A stretch of 64,000 nucleotides of DNA. Source: Nemertoderma westbladi. Lineage: Eukaryota > Animalia > Xenacoelomorpha. The DNA lies in the NCBI GenBank assembly GCA_032718475.1, contig JAUCBJ010001720.1, positions 69,533-133,532 of the forward strand. The letters are read 5' to 3'. The notes below the pieces were generated by a model. It was not told the DNA's origin and searched no databases. It saw only the letters and a program-made list of their open reading frames with translations. Shown piece by piece: positions 37,101-50,544 of this stretch. How positions within the stretch are numbered: the first letter of the stretch is position 1; the number at the start of each line of letters is the position of its first letter. Position numbers and translations under genes: made by a program.

Positions 37101-40100
37101 TTGTCAGAGTACATACTGTCATTGATTGTCAGAGTACATACTGTCATTGACAGAGTACATACTGTCATTGTCAGAATACATACTGTCATTGACAGAGTAC
37201 ATACTGTCATTGATTGCCAGAGTACATACTGTCATTGTCAGAGTACATACTGTCATTGATTGCCAGAGTACATACTGTCATTGTCAGAGTACATACTGTC
37301 AATGTCAGAGTACATACTGTTATTGACAGAGTACATACTGTCATTGACAGAGTACATACTGTCATTGTCAGAGTACATACTGTCATTGTCAGAATACATA
37401 CTGTCATTGTCAGAGTACATACGGTCATTGTCAGAGTACATTCTGTCATTGTCAGAGTACATACTGTCATTGTCAGAGTACATACTGTCATTGTCAGAGT
37501 ACATACTGTCATTGTCAGAGTACATACTGTCATTGTCAGAGTACATACTGTCATTGTCAGAGTACATACTGTCATTGTCAGAATACATACTGTCATTGAC
37601 AGAGTACATACTGTCATTGATTGCCAGAGTACATACTGTCATTGTCAGAGTACATACTGTCATTGATTGCCAGAGTACATACTGTCATTGTCAGAGTACA
37701 TACTGTCATTGTCAGAGTACATACTGTCATTGTCAGAATACATACTGTCATTGACAGAGTACATACTGTCATTGATTGCCAGAGTACATACTGTCATTGT
37801 CAGAGTACATACTGTCATTGATTGCCAGAGTACATACTGTCATTGTCAGAGTACATACTGTCATTGTCAGAGTACATTCTGTCATTGTCAGAGTACATAC
37901 TGTCATTGTCAGAGTACATACTGTCATTGTCAGAGTACATACTGTCATTGTCAGAATACATACTGTCATTGTCAGAGTACATACGGTCATTGTCAGAGTA
38001 CATACTGTCATTGTCAGAGTACATACTGTCATTGTCAGAGTACATACTGTCATTGTCAGAGTACATACTGTCATTGTCAGAGTACATACTGTCATTGACA
38101 GAGTACATACTGTCATTGTCAGAGTACATACGGTCATTGTCAGAGTACATACTGTCATTGTCAGAGTACATACTGTCATTGTCAGAGTACATACTGTCAT
38201 TGTCAGAGTACATACTGTCATTGTCAGAGTACATACTGTCATTGACAGAGTACATACTGTCATTGATTGCCAGAGTACATACTGTCATTGATTGTCGAGT
38301 ACATACTGTCATTGTCAGAGTACATACTGTCATTGTCAGAGTACATACTGTCATTGATTGTCAGAGTACATACTGTCATTGATTGTCAGAGTACATACTG
38401 TCATTGTCAGAGTACATACTGTCATTGTCAGAGTACATACTGTCATTGTCAGAGTACATACTGTCATTGTCAGAGTACATTCTGTCATTGTCAGAGTACA
38501 TTCTGTCATTGTCAGAGTACATACTGTCATTGTCAGAATACATACTGTCATTGTCAGAGTACATACTGTCATTGTCAGAGTACATACTGTCATTGTCAGA
38601 ATACATACTGTCATTGTCAGAGTACATACTGTCATTGTCAGAGTACATTCTGTGATTGTCAGAGTACATACTGTCAATGTCAGAGTACATACTGTCATTG
38701 TCAGAGTACATACTGTCATTGTCAGAGTACATACTGTCATTGTCAGAGTACATTCTGTGATTGTCAGAGTACATACTGTCAATGTCAGAGTACATACTGT
38801 CATTGTCAGAGTACATACTGTCATTGATTGTCAGAGCACATACTGTCATTGATTGTCAGAGTACATACTGTCATTGTCAGAGTACATACTGTCATTGTCA
38901 GAGTACATACTGTCATTGTCAGAGTACATACTGTCATTGTCAGAGTACATACTGTCATTGTCAGAGTACATACTGTCAATGTCAGAGTACATACTGTCAT
39001 TGTCAGAGTACATACTGTCATTGTCAGAGTACATACTGTCATTGTCAGAGTACATACGGTCATTGTCAGAGTACATACTGTCATTGTCAGAGTACATACT
39101 GTCATTGATTGTCAGAGTACATACTGTCATTGACAGAGTACATACTGTCATTGTCAGAGTACATACTGTCATTGTCAGAGTACATACTGTCATTGTCAGA
39201 GTACATACTGTCATTGTCAGAGTACATACTGTCATTGTCAGAGTACATACTGTCATTGTCAGAGTACATACTGTTATTGTCAGAGTACATACTGTCATTG
39301 TCAGAGTACATACTGTCATTGTCAGAGTACATACGGTCATTGTCAGAGTACATACTGTCATTGTCAGAGTACATACGGTCATTGTCAGAGTACATACTGT
39401 CATTGTCAGAGTACATACTGTCATTGACAGAGTACATACTGTCATTGTCAGAGTACATACGGTCATTGTCAGAGTACATACTGTCATTGTCAGAGTACAT
39501 ACTGTCATTGTCAGAGTACATACGGTCATTGTCAGAGTACATACTGTCATTGTCAGAGTACATACTGTCATTGATTGTCAGAGTACATACTGTCATTGAT
39601 TGTCAGAGTACATACTGTCATTGATTGTCAGAGTACATACTGTCATTGACAGAGTACATACTGTCATTGTCAGAGTACATACTGTCATTGTCAGAGTACA
39701 TACTGTCATTGTCAGAGTACATACTGTCATTGATTGTCAGAGTACATACTGTCATTGTCAGAATACATGCTGTCATTGACAGAGTACATACTGTCATTGA
39801 TTGTCAGAGTACATGCTGTCATTGTCAGAGTACATACTGTCATTGATTGTCAGAGTACATACTGTCATTGTCAGAATACATGCTGTCATTGACAGAGTAC
39901 ATACTGTCATTGATTGTCAGAGTACATACTGTCATTGTCAGAATACATGCTGTCATTGTCAGAGTACATACTGTCATTGTCAGAGTACATACTGTCATTG
40001 TCAGAGTACATACGGTCATTGTCAGAGTACATACTGTCATTGTCAGAGTACATACTGTCATTGATTGTCAGAGTACATACTGTCATTGATTGTCAGAGTA

Positions 40101-43100
40101 CATACTGTCATTGATTGTCAGAGTACATACTGTCATTGACAGAGTACATACTGTCATTGTCAGAGTACATACTGTCATTGTCAGAGTACATACTGTCATT
40201 GATTGTCAGAGTACATACTGTCATTGTCAGAATACATGCTGTCATTGACAGAGTACATACTGTCATTGTCAGAATACATGCTGTCATTGTCAGAGTACAT
40301 ACTGTCATTGATTGTCAGAGTACATACTGTCATTGACAGAGTACATACTGTCATTGTCAGAATACATACTGTCATTGTCAGAGTACATACTGTCATTGAT
40401 TGTCAGAGTACATACTGTCATTGACAGAGTACATACTGTCATTGTCAGAATACATGCTGTCATTGTCAGAGTACATACTGTCATTGATTGTCAGAGTACA
40501 TACTGTCATTGACAGAGTACATACTGTCATTGTCAGAATACATACTGTCATTGTCAGAGTACATACTGTCATTGATTGTCAGAGTACATACTGTCATTGT
40601 CAGAGTACATACTGTCATTGTCAGAGTACATACTGTCATTGATTGTCAGAATACATACTGTCATTGACAGAGTACATACTGTCATTGTCAGAATACATAC
40701 TGTCATTGTCAGAGTACATACTGTCATTGATTGTCAGAGTACATACTGTCATTGTCAGAGTACATACTGTCATTGTCAGAGTACATACTGTCATTGATTG
40801 TCAGAGTACATACTGTCATTGTCAGAGTACATACTGTCATTGTCAGAGAACATACTGTCATTGTCAGAGTACATACTGTCATTGTCAGAGTACATTCTGT
40901 CATTGATTGTCAAAGTACATACTGTCATTGTCAGAGTACATATTGTCATTGTCAGAGTACATACTGTCATTGTCAGAGTACATACTGTCATTGTCAGAGT
41001 ACATACTGTCATTGTCAGAGTACATACTGTCATTGACTGTCAGAGTACATACTGTCATTGACTGTCAGAGTACATACTGTCATTGACAGAGTACATACTG
41101 TCATTGATTGTCAGAGTACATACTGTCATTGTCAGAGTACATACTGTCATTGTCAGAGTACATACTGTCATTGTCAGAGTACATACTGTCATTGTCAGAG
41201 TACATACTGTCATTGATTGTCAGAGTACATACTGTCATTGTCAGAATACATACTGTCATTGACAGAGTACATACTGTCATTGATTGTCAGAGTACATACT
41301 GTCATTGTCAGAGTACATACTGTCATTGTCAGAGTACATACTGTCATTGTCAGAGTACATACTGTCATTGTCAGAGTACATACTGTCATTGATTGTCAGA
41401 GTACATACTGTCATTGTCAGAATACATACTGTCATTGACAGAGTACATACTGTCATTGATTGTCAGAGTACATACTGTCATTGTCAGAGTACATACTGTC
41501 ATTGTCAGAGAACATACTGTCATTGTCAGAGTACATACTGTCATTGTCAGAGAACATACTGTCATTGTCAGAGTACATACTGTCATTGTCAGAGTACATA
41601 CTGTCATTGATTGTCAGAGTACATACTGTCATTGTCAGAATACATACTGTCATTGACAGAGTACATACTGTCATTGATTGTCAGAGTACATACTGTCATT
41701 GTCAGAGTACATACTGTCATTGTCAGAGAACATACTGTCATTGTCAGAGTACATACTGTCATTGTCAGAGTACATACTGTCATTGACTGTCAGAGTACAT
41801 ACTGTCATTGACAGAGTACATACTGTCATTGATTGTCAGAGTACATACTGTCATTGTCAGAATACATACTGTCATTGACAGAGTACATACTGTCATTGTC
41901 AGAGTACATACTGTCATTGTCAGAGAACATACTGTCATTGTCAGAGTACATACTGTCATTGTCAGAGTACATACTGTCATTGACTGTCAGAGTACATACT
42001 GTCATTGACTGTCAGAGTACATACTGTCATTGACAGAGTACATACTGTCATTGACAGAGTACATACTGTCATTGACTGTCAGAGTACATACTGTCATTGA
42101 CTGTCAGAGTACATACTGTCATTGACAGAGTACATACTGTCATTGATTGTCAGAGTACATACTGTCATTGACAGAGTACATACTGTCATTGTCAGAGTAC
42201 ATACTGTCATTGTCAGAATACATACTGTCATTGATTGTCAAAGTACATACTGTCATTGTCAGAGTACATATTGTCATTGTCAGAGTACATACTGTCATTG
42301 TCAGAGTACATACTGTCATTGTCAGAGTACATACTGTCATTGTCAGAGTACATACTGTCATTGACTGTCAGAGTACATACTGTCATTGACTGTCAGAGTA
42401 CATACTGTCATTGACAGAGTACATACTGTCATTGATTGTCAGAGTACATACTGTCATTGACAGAGTACATACTGTCATTGTCAGAGAACATACTGTCATT
42501 GTCAGAGTACATACTGTCATTGTCAGAGTACATACTGTCATTGACTGTCAGAGTACATACTGTCATTGACTGTCAGAGTACATACTGTCATTGTCAGAGT
42601 ACATACTGTCATTGTCAGAGTACATACTGTCATTGTCAGAGTACATACTGTCATTGTCAGAGTACATACTGTCATTGACAGAGTACATACTGTCATTGAT
42701 TGTCAGAGTACATACTGTCATTGACAGAGTACATACTGTCATTGTCAGAGTACATACTGTCATTGTCAGAATACATACTGTCATTGATTGTCAAAGTACA
42801 TACTGTCATTGTCAGAGTACATATTGTCATTGTCAGAGTACATACTGTCATTGTCAGAGTACATACTGTCATTGTCAGAGTACATACTGTCAATGTCAGA
42901 GTACATACTGTCATTGTCAGAGTACATACTGTCATTGTCAGAGTACATACTGTCATTGATTGTCAAAGTACATACTGTCATTGTCAGAGTACATACTGTC
43001 ATTGTCAGAGTACATACTGTCATTGTCAGAGTACATACTGTCATTGTCAGAGTACATACTGTCAATGTCAGAGTACATACTGTCATTGTCAGAGTACATA

Positions 43101-44510
43101 CTGTCATTGTCAGAGTACATACTGTCATTGATTGTCAAAGTACATACTGTCATTGTCAGAGTACATACTGTCATTGTCAGAGTACATACTGTCATTGTCA
43201 GAGTACATACTGTCATTGTCAGAGTACATACTGTCAATGTCAGAGTACATACTGTCATTGTCAGAGTACATACTGTCATTGTCAGAGTACATACTGTCAT
43301 TGACTGTCAAAGTACATACTGTCATTGTCAGAGTACATACTGTCATTGATTGTCAGAGTACATACTGTCATTGTCAGAGTACATACTGTCATTGTCAGAG
43401 TACATACTGTCATTGTCAGAGTACATACTGTCATTGTCAGAGTACATACTGTCAATGTCAGAGTACATACTGTCATTGTCAGAGTACATACTGTCATTGT
43501 CAGAGTACATACTGTCATTGATTGTCAGAGTACATACTGTCATTGACAGAGTACATACTGTCATTGTCAGAGTACATACTGTCATTGTCAGAATACATAC
43601 TGTCATTGATTGTCAAAGTACATACTGTCATTGTCAGAGTACATATTGTCATTGTCAGAGTACATACTGTCATTGTCAGAGTACATACTGTCATTGTCAG
43701 AGTACATACTGTCAATGTCAGAGTACATACTGTCATTGTCAGAGTACATACTGTCATTGTCAGAGTACATACTGTCATTGATTGTCAAAGTACATACTGT
43801 CATTGTCAGAGTACATACTGTCATTGTCAGAGTACATACTGTCATTGTCAGAGTACATACTGTCATTGTCAGAGTACATACTGTCAATGTCAGAGTACAT
43901 ACTGTCATTGTCAGAGTACATACTGTCATTGTCAGAGTACATACTGTCATTGATTGTCAAAGTACATACTGTCATTGTCAGAGTACATACTGTCATTGTC
44001 AGAGTACATACTGTCATTGTCAGAGTACATACTGTCATTGTCAGAGTACATACTGTCAATGTCAGAGTACATACTGTCATTGTCAGAGTACATACTGTCA
44101 TTGTCAGAGTACATACTGTCATTGACTGTCAAAGTACATACTGTCATTGTCAGAGTACATACTGTCATTGATTGTCAGAGTACATACTGTCATTGTCAGA
44201 GTACATACTGTCATTGTCAGAGTACATACTGTCATTGTCAGAGTACATACTGTCATTGTCAGAGTACATACTGTCAATGTCAGAGTACATACTGTCATTG
44301 TCAGAGTACATACTGTCATTGTCAGAGTACATACTGTCATTGATTGTCAAAGTACATACTGTCATTGTCAGAGTACATATTGTCATTGTCAGAGTACATA
44401 CTGTCATTGTCAGAGTACATACTGTCAATGTCAGAGTACATACTGTCATTGTCAGAGTACATACTGTCATTGACAGAGTACATACTGTCATTGACAGAGT
44501 ACATACTGTC
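31107..44510. repeat. 21-bp intronic satellite (GTCAGAGTACATACTGTCATT) with 25-bp (+GATT/+GACT) variants, about 13.4 kb, more than 600 units
   Basis: Direct 21-bp period throughout; it explains all ORF-track calls in this interval. Confidence 0.98.
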
Positions 44511-45481
44511 CGATTATATACCAGGTAGATATTATATAAATTATTTATTCCCAACGATGTATTGTATACAGAATTGGATTAGTGTTTATGCTTGCCAATT
44601 AATATAATAATTATAATCGTAAATCCATAACCCATCCCTGGTACTGTGTAATGCTAATATAATTATAGCTTGTAACCTTTACTTCCCTAACTATATGATC
44701 ATTGAATGCCCAGAGAGTCATTTCATATTTAATTAACCTTTATACTAGGTCTGACACTAGGCTCATTCGAATGTACATCATACATAGCATTGCATAATTA
44801 CATCACCTCCTCAGTGGCATCTAGTGAAAGCATCTCTATTCCTGGTATAATCAAATAATGTGATAATGAGCCATTTACCGATCAACCTCTAAGAAGTAAT
44901 GACCAGACCTTGCTTAACAAACTTAAAATACAAGCTTGCCAGTGAGAGCTGCAATAATGGAGGGATCCATTGCTATCAAAATTGCTGTAATAAATTACGC
45001 GCCTATGTAGGGGAGCCTAAAAACTAAACCGAAACATTGGGAAAAGTACCATCTGTACAATATACAAAACAATAACAATACAATATCTTATATTGAATGT
45101 TAAAAAATCACGGTTTGTAGGAAATGTATCTTCTCCTACAATTCTAAACGAAATAAAGGACATTTTTGCATAAAGCATGTCCAATAGGTGCTCCCTATGG
45201 GGTGTCAACAGAATTTTAATTGAGTGAATTCTACGATTATGATATGTCATTCTAGAATTAATTTTACTGTTCCTTGGCAACCAACAGGTCCCTCACAACC
45301 AAAACCTTGCATTCACAACTAGGTCCGAAAATGAACCTATCATCAAAGTTTCATCCAATTACATCAAACAGTTGTGTGTACAAACAAACACACAATCACG
45401 TGTGCGAAATAAGGTCATCCAATCTGGGATCCGTCCAACATCCAATCTTGGATCCGTCCAATTACATCATACGTAACGTAC

Positions 45482-47947
45482 TTATGCTATTGTAGGTAAT
45501 ACACTAAACAGACAATGAAAAACAACTGTTATTTGCCTCAACGTGGTTCTGAAACTAACCATGATAGATGGATTAGTAACTGTGGTGTCATAATCTTTGA
45601 ATACGCTATCAGGTTCTTTATTGTCCCCTTTTTTACCGGTTTCCGTTTCAATTACAGGCCACGTACAGCCACTCGAATATGCTCTCCGTTGTAACGACAA
45701 TTTATGCGAAAGAATATCTTTCGATAACAATAATGAAATTGATACCGGTAACTGCATACACTGAGAAAAGCAGCTATTTTCGAAATTTATCAGTTTTGTT
45801 TGCTGTTCATTAACGAGTTTGACGTATAGCTCTTTCTTCTCATGCCATATTTCCCACTCAGGCCAGATACATTCACACTTGTCGGCTCTCATTATTAATT
45901 GTGAACATTTATCTTCAGTTAGATGTAGGAGGGGTGGCTTAACAAAATTCACAATATACTTCCTTTTAGGTATAGGCTCACCAAAGGGTTCCAGTGTATT
46001 AATTTTCTGGTCTGCGCCTGAAATAAGACCATCCAATTTCAATTTCACATTGCTATCTATATCTGGACAATCAACTTCAGTGATGAGTTTACTCATCCCT
46101 GCTGGTTCATGTTTAATGGATTTGCCATTTTGTGTTTGAGTATCTTTATTACCATTCGGCGTACTCTCTATGACCGACGACGCGCAATACTCAAGTTTAT
46201 TCGAATTCAATTGTGACTGGTAACACGATATTTGACTCCTATAAATATCCTTAGATTCCTTGGAAAATAGAGACAGGTTTCCCTCAAAATGCAAAGCGAT
46301 GGACTTATCCTTAAAGGTTAAAGACTTATTATTCTTCAATTGATGAACAGTTTCCATGTATTTAGTATGTGTTCTAACATAATGTATATTTTCCTTTGCA
46401 TTGTTGTGACTATGTGAGGTACTTTCGGAAGAGTGTGACACAATCTGCGCCCTCCAGTGTATATTTTCCTTTGCATTGTTGCGGCTATGTGAGGTACTTT
46501 CGGAAGAGTGTGACACAATCTGCGCCCTCCAGTGTATATTTTCCTTTGCATTGTTGCGGCTATGTGAGGTACTTTCGGAAGAGTGTGACACAATCTGCGC
46601 CCTCCAGTGTATATTTTCCTTTGCATTGTTGCGGCTATGTGAGGTACTTTCGGAAGAGTGTGACACAATCTGCGCCCTCCAGTGTATATTTTCCTTTGCA
46701 TTGTTGCGGCTATGTGAGGTACTTTCGGAAGAGTGTGACACAATCTGCGCCCTCCAGTGTATATTTTCCTTTGCATTGTTGCGGCTATGTGAGGTACTTT
46801 CGGAAGAGTGTGACACAATCTGCGCCCTCCAGTGTATATTTTCCTTTGCATTGTTGCGGCTATGTGAGGTACTTTCGGAAGAGTGTGACACAATCTGCGC
46901 CCTCCAGTTGTGGTTGGCATCCTCCACTTTTCCCTGGACAATATCATAGGGAATTCGCGCTAATCCCAGTTTCTGGACTTTAAATTTCAACTGGTAATTA
47001 GTCATCAGACACTGATAGCGATGTTTAGAATCCTTAGAAAACATAGAGTCGTTTCCTTCACTTTGCTCGGTGATGCACTTCGGGTTGAGTTGTGCAACGG
47101 CTCCCAGAAATCTACGCCGCGCCTCCACTGTATTAAAATATTTAGTTTTATTGAAAGTGGCATCGTTGTTGGAAATAACAGAATCAGCACTAAGTTTAAT
47201 TACTTTATTTTGATTGGTTGATTTGGGTTGGTCTGAAGTTAAGCTGGTACCATTTTGTGTCGATGTAACTTTTTGCTGAGATATAAGTTCTGGTTGCGAT
47301 GTTGTAACCTTTTGCTGTGATGTAACTGTTGGTTGCGATGTAACTTTTGGTTGCGATGTAACCTTTTGTTGCGATGTAACTTTTGGTTGCGATATTGTAA
47401 CCTTTTGCTGCGGTGTAACCTTTTGTTGCGATGTAACTTTTTGTTGCGATGTAACTTTTTGTTGCGGTGTAACGTTTTGTTGCGGTGTAACTTTTTGTTG
47501 CGGTGTAACGTTTTGTTGCGGTGTAACGTTTTGTTGCGATGTTGTAACCTTTTGCTGCGATGCAACTTTTGGTTGAGATGTAACTTTTTGCTGGGGTGTA
47601 ACGTTTTGTTGCGGTGTAAATTTTCGTTGCGCTGTAACTTTTTGCCGGGATGTAACTTTTTGTTGGGACGTTACCTTTTGTTGCGATTTCTGTTTTCTCT
47701 TATGGTTTTCTTGCTCTTCCAATTGCTTCAACTTTTTCGCAGTTTCCATTCCAACACCGGCCCTGTTATGTTTCACGGTTATATGTATCGGCAAAGAAAC
47801 AGAAGAGTTGTAGAGACCAATACCAGAACCAGAGTTATAACCCATTTTTGTTAACATTTGAAAGCCAATATTACTTTCTCCAATTTCTGTTTTAAGTCCA
47901 GTCTCTCGTAAAGTAGCTTCCATACTTTTCTTCTTTTTCTTTCCCAT
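45482..47947 (-). CDS. Nested G-patch domain protein (GPATCH11-like N-terminus) with 6-aa and 25-aa repeats, 821 aa
   Basis: Uninterrupted ORF from ATG. LRETGLKTEIGESNIGFQMLTKMGYNSGSGIG...PIHITVKHNRAGVG is a G-patch in a GPATCH11-like context. A possible donor (ATG|GTTAGT) lies near the 3' end. Confidence 0.75.
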   Translation of the reverse strand: MGKKKKKSMEATLRETGLKTEIGESNIGFQMLTKMGYNSGSGIGLYNSSVSLPIHITVKHNRAGVGMETAKKLKQLEEQENHKRKQKSQQKVTSQQKVTSRQKVTAQRKFTPQQNVTPQQKVTSQPKVASQQKVTTSQQNVTPQQNVTPQQKVTPQQNVTPQQKVTSQQKVTSQQKVTPQQKVTISQPKVTSQQKVTSQPKVTSQPTVTSQQKVTTSQPELISQQKVTSTQNGTSLTSDQPKSTNQNKVIKLSADSVISNNDATFNKTKYFNTVEARRRFLGAVAQLNPKCITEQSEGNDSMFSKDSKHRYQCLMTNYQLKFKVQKLGLARIPYDIVQGKVEDANHNWRAQIVSHSSESTSHSRNNAKENIHWRAQIVSHSSESTSHSRNNAKENIHWRAQIVSHSSESTSHSRNNAKENIHWRAQIVSHSSESTSHSRNNAKENIHWRAQIVSHSSESTSHSRNNAKENIHWRAQIVSHSSESTSHSRNNAKENIHWRAQIVSHSSESTSHSHNNAKENIHYVRTHTKYMETVHQLKNNKSLTFKDKSIALHFEGNLSLFSKESKDIYRSQISCYQSQLNSNKLEYCASSVIESTPNGNKDTQTQNGKSIKHEPAGMSKLITEVDCPDIDSNVKLKLDGLISGADQKINTLEPFGEPIPKRKYIVNFVKPPLLHLTEDKCSQLIMRADKCECIWPEWEIWHEKKELYVKLVNEQQTKLINFENSCFSQCMQLPVSISLLLSKDILSHKLSLQRRAYSSGCTWPVIETETGKKGDNKEPDSVFKDYDTTVTNPSIMVSFRTTLRQITVVFHCLFSVLPTIA
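46382..46907 (-). repeat. Coding 75-bp / 25-aa repeat (HWRAQIVSHSSESTSHSRNNAKENI), 7 copies
   Basis: CAATCTGCGC recurs every 75 bp from 46441 to 46891. Confidence 0.96.
47260..47690 (-). repeat. Coding 18-bp / 6-aa repeat (QQKVTS/QQNVTP), more than 20 copies
   Basis: Seen in both DNA and translation. Confidence 0.92.
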
Positions 47948-48595
47948 GTTTTTGGTTAAGTTCTAGGACATATTCTATAAACTACATGCATTAATCACCA
48001 CGCACCCGGACCCACAAGGAACTATCTTTCTATATACATATTAACTACAATATCGGTAAGTAAGATAGAAAGGCCTATGTGATAATAAAGCTAAACATTG
48101 TTTTGTGATAATAGGTTTTAAAAAAACGATATCAGAAGATGAGATCGTAGTAACACGCCAGCTCGGAAGTGTGAATGATACAAATGTTCATTAGGCATTC
48201 ATGTTTTTTATGAGATATCATACACTAATACACTGCAGTACTTACTACAATCACTTATGCTGCTTCTATTACAACAATCTGTGCACTGACTACTGGATAA
48301 TAATAACTGAATAACAGGGACAGAATACCGTCTGTTCATCATACGTACTACTATATAATACATAATAATACCTGGAACAACTAACATAACAATGGAAAAA
48401 AGATGGTAACCTCATTACAGCCTAACGATCAGCTGTTCCTGATACATTTAAATTAGCAGCTGATTACTGAAACCTGATGGATGTGTACGTAGGCCATGGA
48501 TGTACAGTAATTAATTGTTGTAACTATCAGTCATAGGCCTACCGGCTGACCGGTTTACGGTCCAACGATTACATTTTATAAGGCTGTATGTAGAC

Positions 48596-49819
48596 GGGTG
48601 TTTGAAAAAGGTGGACTGGACACAGAAAACATGGACAACGGACAGACCAATCAGAAACGTATTATGCAAAGCAGTTTGTAGCAATTGGTCTGTCCACCTT
48701 TTTCAAGTTTCGCTTTCTTAGTTACATAATTGGGAATAAGATGTGTGTTTGAAAAAGGTGGACTGGACACATGCACAAAAAACAGATAATAGTCTGACCA
48801 ATCAGAAACGTATTAAAGCAATGCTATTTATTAGTGATTGGACTGTCCACCTTTTTCATGTTTCAATTATCTATCTATAATGGGCATGCTGGAAGGGGTG
48901 CTGGTTACCTCGCCGCACTGCCACTTCGCCGCCCCTGTGAATGCCATTTCGCCGCAAATTTTTGGACACCTCGCCGCAAGTCAATATTAATCATTTATTT
49001 ATATATTTACAGGGAAGCCTACTAAGCCTAGTTATGGAATTGGACATTATTATAAGAAGAAATAAAATAATACGGTAAGGTGTGTTGTTAAGTGGTAATA
49101 ACCTTAAAGTCCTGATGCTCTAATCTGAGAAATTTTGTGGAATTTAGGATCCAAAATATTTAAGTGGTTTAAATATTTAAGGGGTTACAATTCGTTACAT
49201 GACAGTTTTAATTACGGTTTTGGGCCTCCATTTCCACTTTGAATTAGGGTTTCGGACCGCCACTCCCAAAATATGGGGACTTATTTACCTCCCTCGCTGC
49301 GCTCGCTCGTTTAATAACAGATCTCGGGATGAACGGTAAATAAAGTATATTATATTTCCCTCATAGCAGCACGGTACAATAGGTAGTTATTATAATTAAC
49401 TTTATACTGTAATGAGTTAGAATATATTGACGTTCAAATATTGATGCTAAGGCTGTAAGGCTCAGCTCACAGACTTCGCGTGGCTCGCTCCATATTATTG
49501 AACTAGGCCTATTTCGACAACTTCGGTTAGGCTGGTTGGTCACAGCCACAGTAAGTATGGGATAATAATAACATTAATAATCCATAAAAACCTTCTGAAT
49601 TTTTTTGAAAAACGTGGACAGAGCTGCTATAATGTGCAAATCAATCTGATTGGTCAATTCATTGCCTGTTCTTTCTCAAACCAGTCCACCTTATTCAAAT
49701 TTGAAAAAGGTGGATAACAAAGCTGAAAAAGGTGGACATGCTGTGTGACGCAAATCGCCCGTGATTGGTCTGTCCATTGTCCATGTATTCTGTGTCCAGT
49801 CCACCTTTTTCAAACACCC
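48596..49819. mobile_element. Non-autonomous TIR DNA transposon (MULE-like) with subterminal repeats
   Basis: Long TIRs GGGTGTTTGAAAAAGGTGGACTGGACACAGAA... / ...TTCTGTGTCCAGTCCACCTTTTTCAAACACCC, flanked by direct repeat GTATGTAGAC (48586-48595 and 49820-49829). The TSD is 6-10 bp depending on where the TIR boundary is placed. Confidence 0.8.
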
Positions 49820-50286
49820 GTATGTAGACCGCAGGGTGTCCCAACGTTTAGTAGAGTAGGCCATGGAAGATTGATATTGGTAAGTAAAGTTAATTCTATA
49901 ACACTTTCGCTTTCAGAGGGGGAGGGGGTGTAGTGGTGGTTGGAAGTCAACAATATCTTCAAAAAAAAATTTCGGCCCATTTTTTAGAAATTCCTAGTCG
50001 CTGATTTTATTTCTGAGGCCAGTACATGAGGGTGATGTTCCCTTAAGGCTAATTGACTGTCATTATGGATGGGTAGCTTACGGCCAATGCAAAGAAAGCA
50101 CCAGGGCTACTGATAGATTAGCTGTACTTATTATACCAGTGGAAGAAAGAATAACAGATTACTGGCCAATAATGTGAGTTAATATACTGTATTAACTGTT
50201 TGGGGATGAATGTTACAATTAATAATTCATTCAAGATAAATATTGGTTTGATTGTATAATGTTAAGTATGCCAGTGAAAACAAATA

Positions 50287-50534
50287 TTCCAGAATATGTA
50301 TTTATTTAACATGGGGTGTTGTTAACCATTCCAGAATATGTATTTATTTAACATGGGGTGTAGTTAACCATTCCAGAATATGTATTTATTTAACATGGGG
50401 TGTTGTTAACAATTCCAGAATATGTATTTATTTAACATGGGGTATAGTTAATCATTCCTGAATATGTATTTATTTAACATGCGGTAATTAACTATTCCAG
50501 AATATGTATTTATTTAACATGGGGTGTAGTTAAC
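50287..50534. repeat. 42-bp minisatellite (TTCCAGAATATGTATTTATTTAACATGGGGTGTAGTTAACCA), about 6 copies
   Basis: Direct period. Confidence 0.9.
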
Positions 50535-50544
50535 CGGTAACGGT

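Noticed and set aside
31132-44607. Dozens of ORFs (SEYILSL, VIVRVHT, MTVCTLT, NDSMYSD repeats)
   Set aside because: Artefacts of a stop-poor 21-bp satellite; frames switch at every 25-bp variant.
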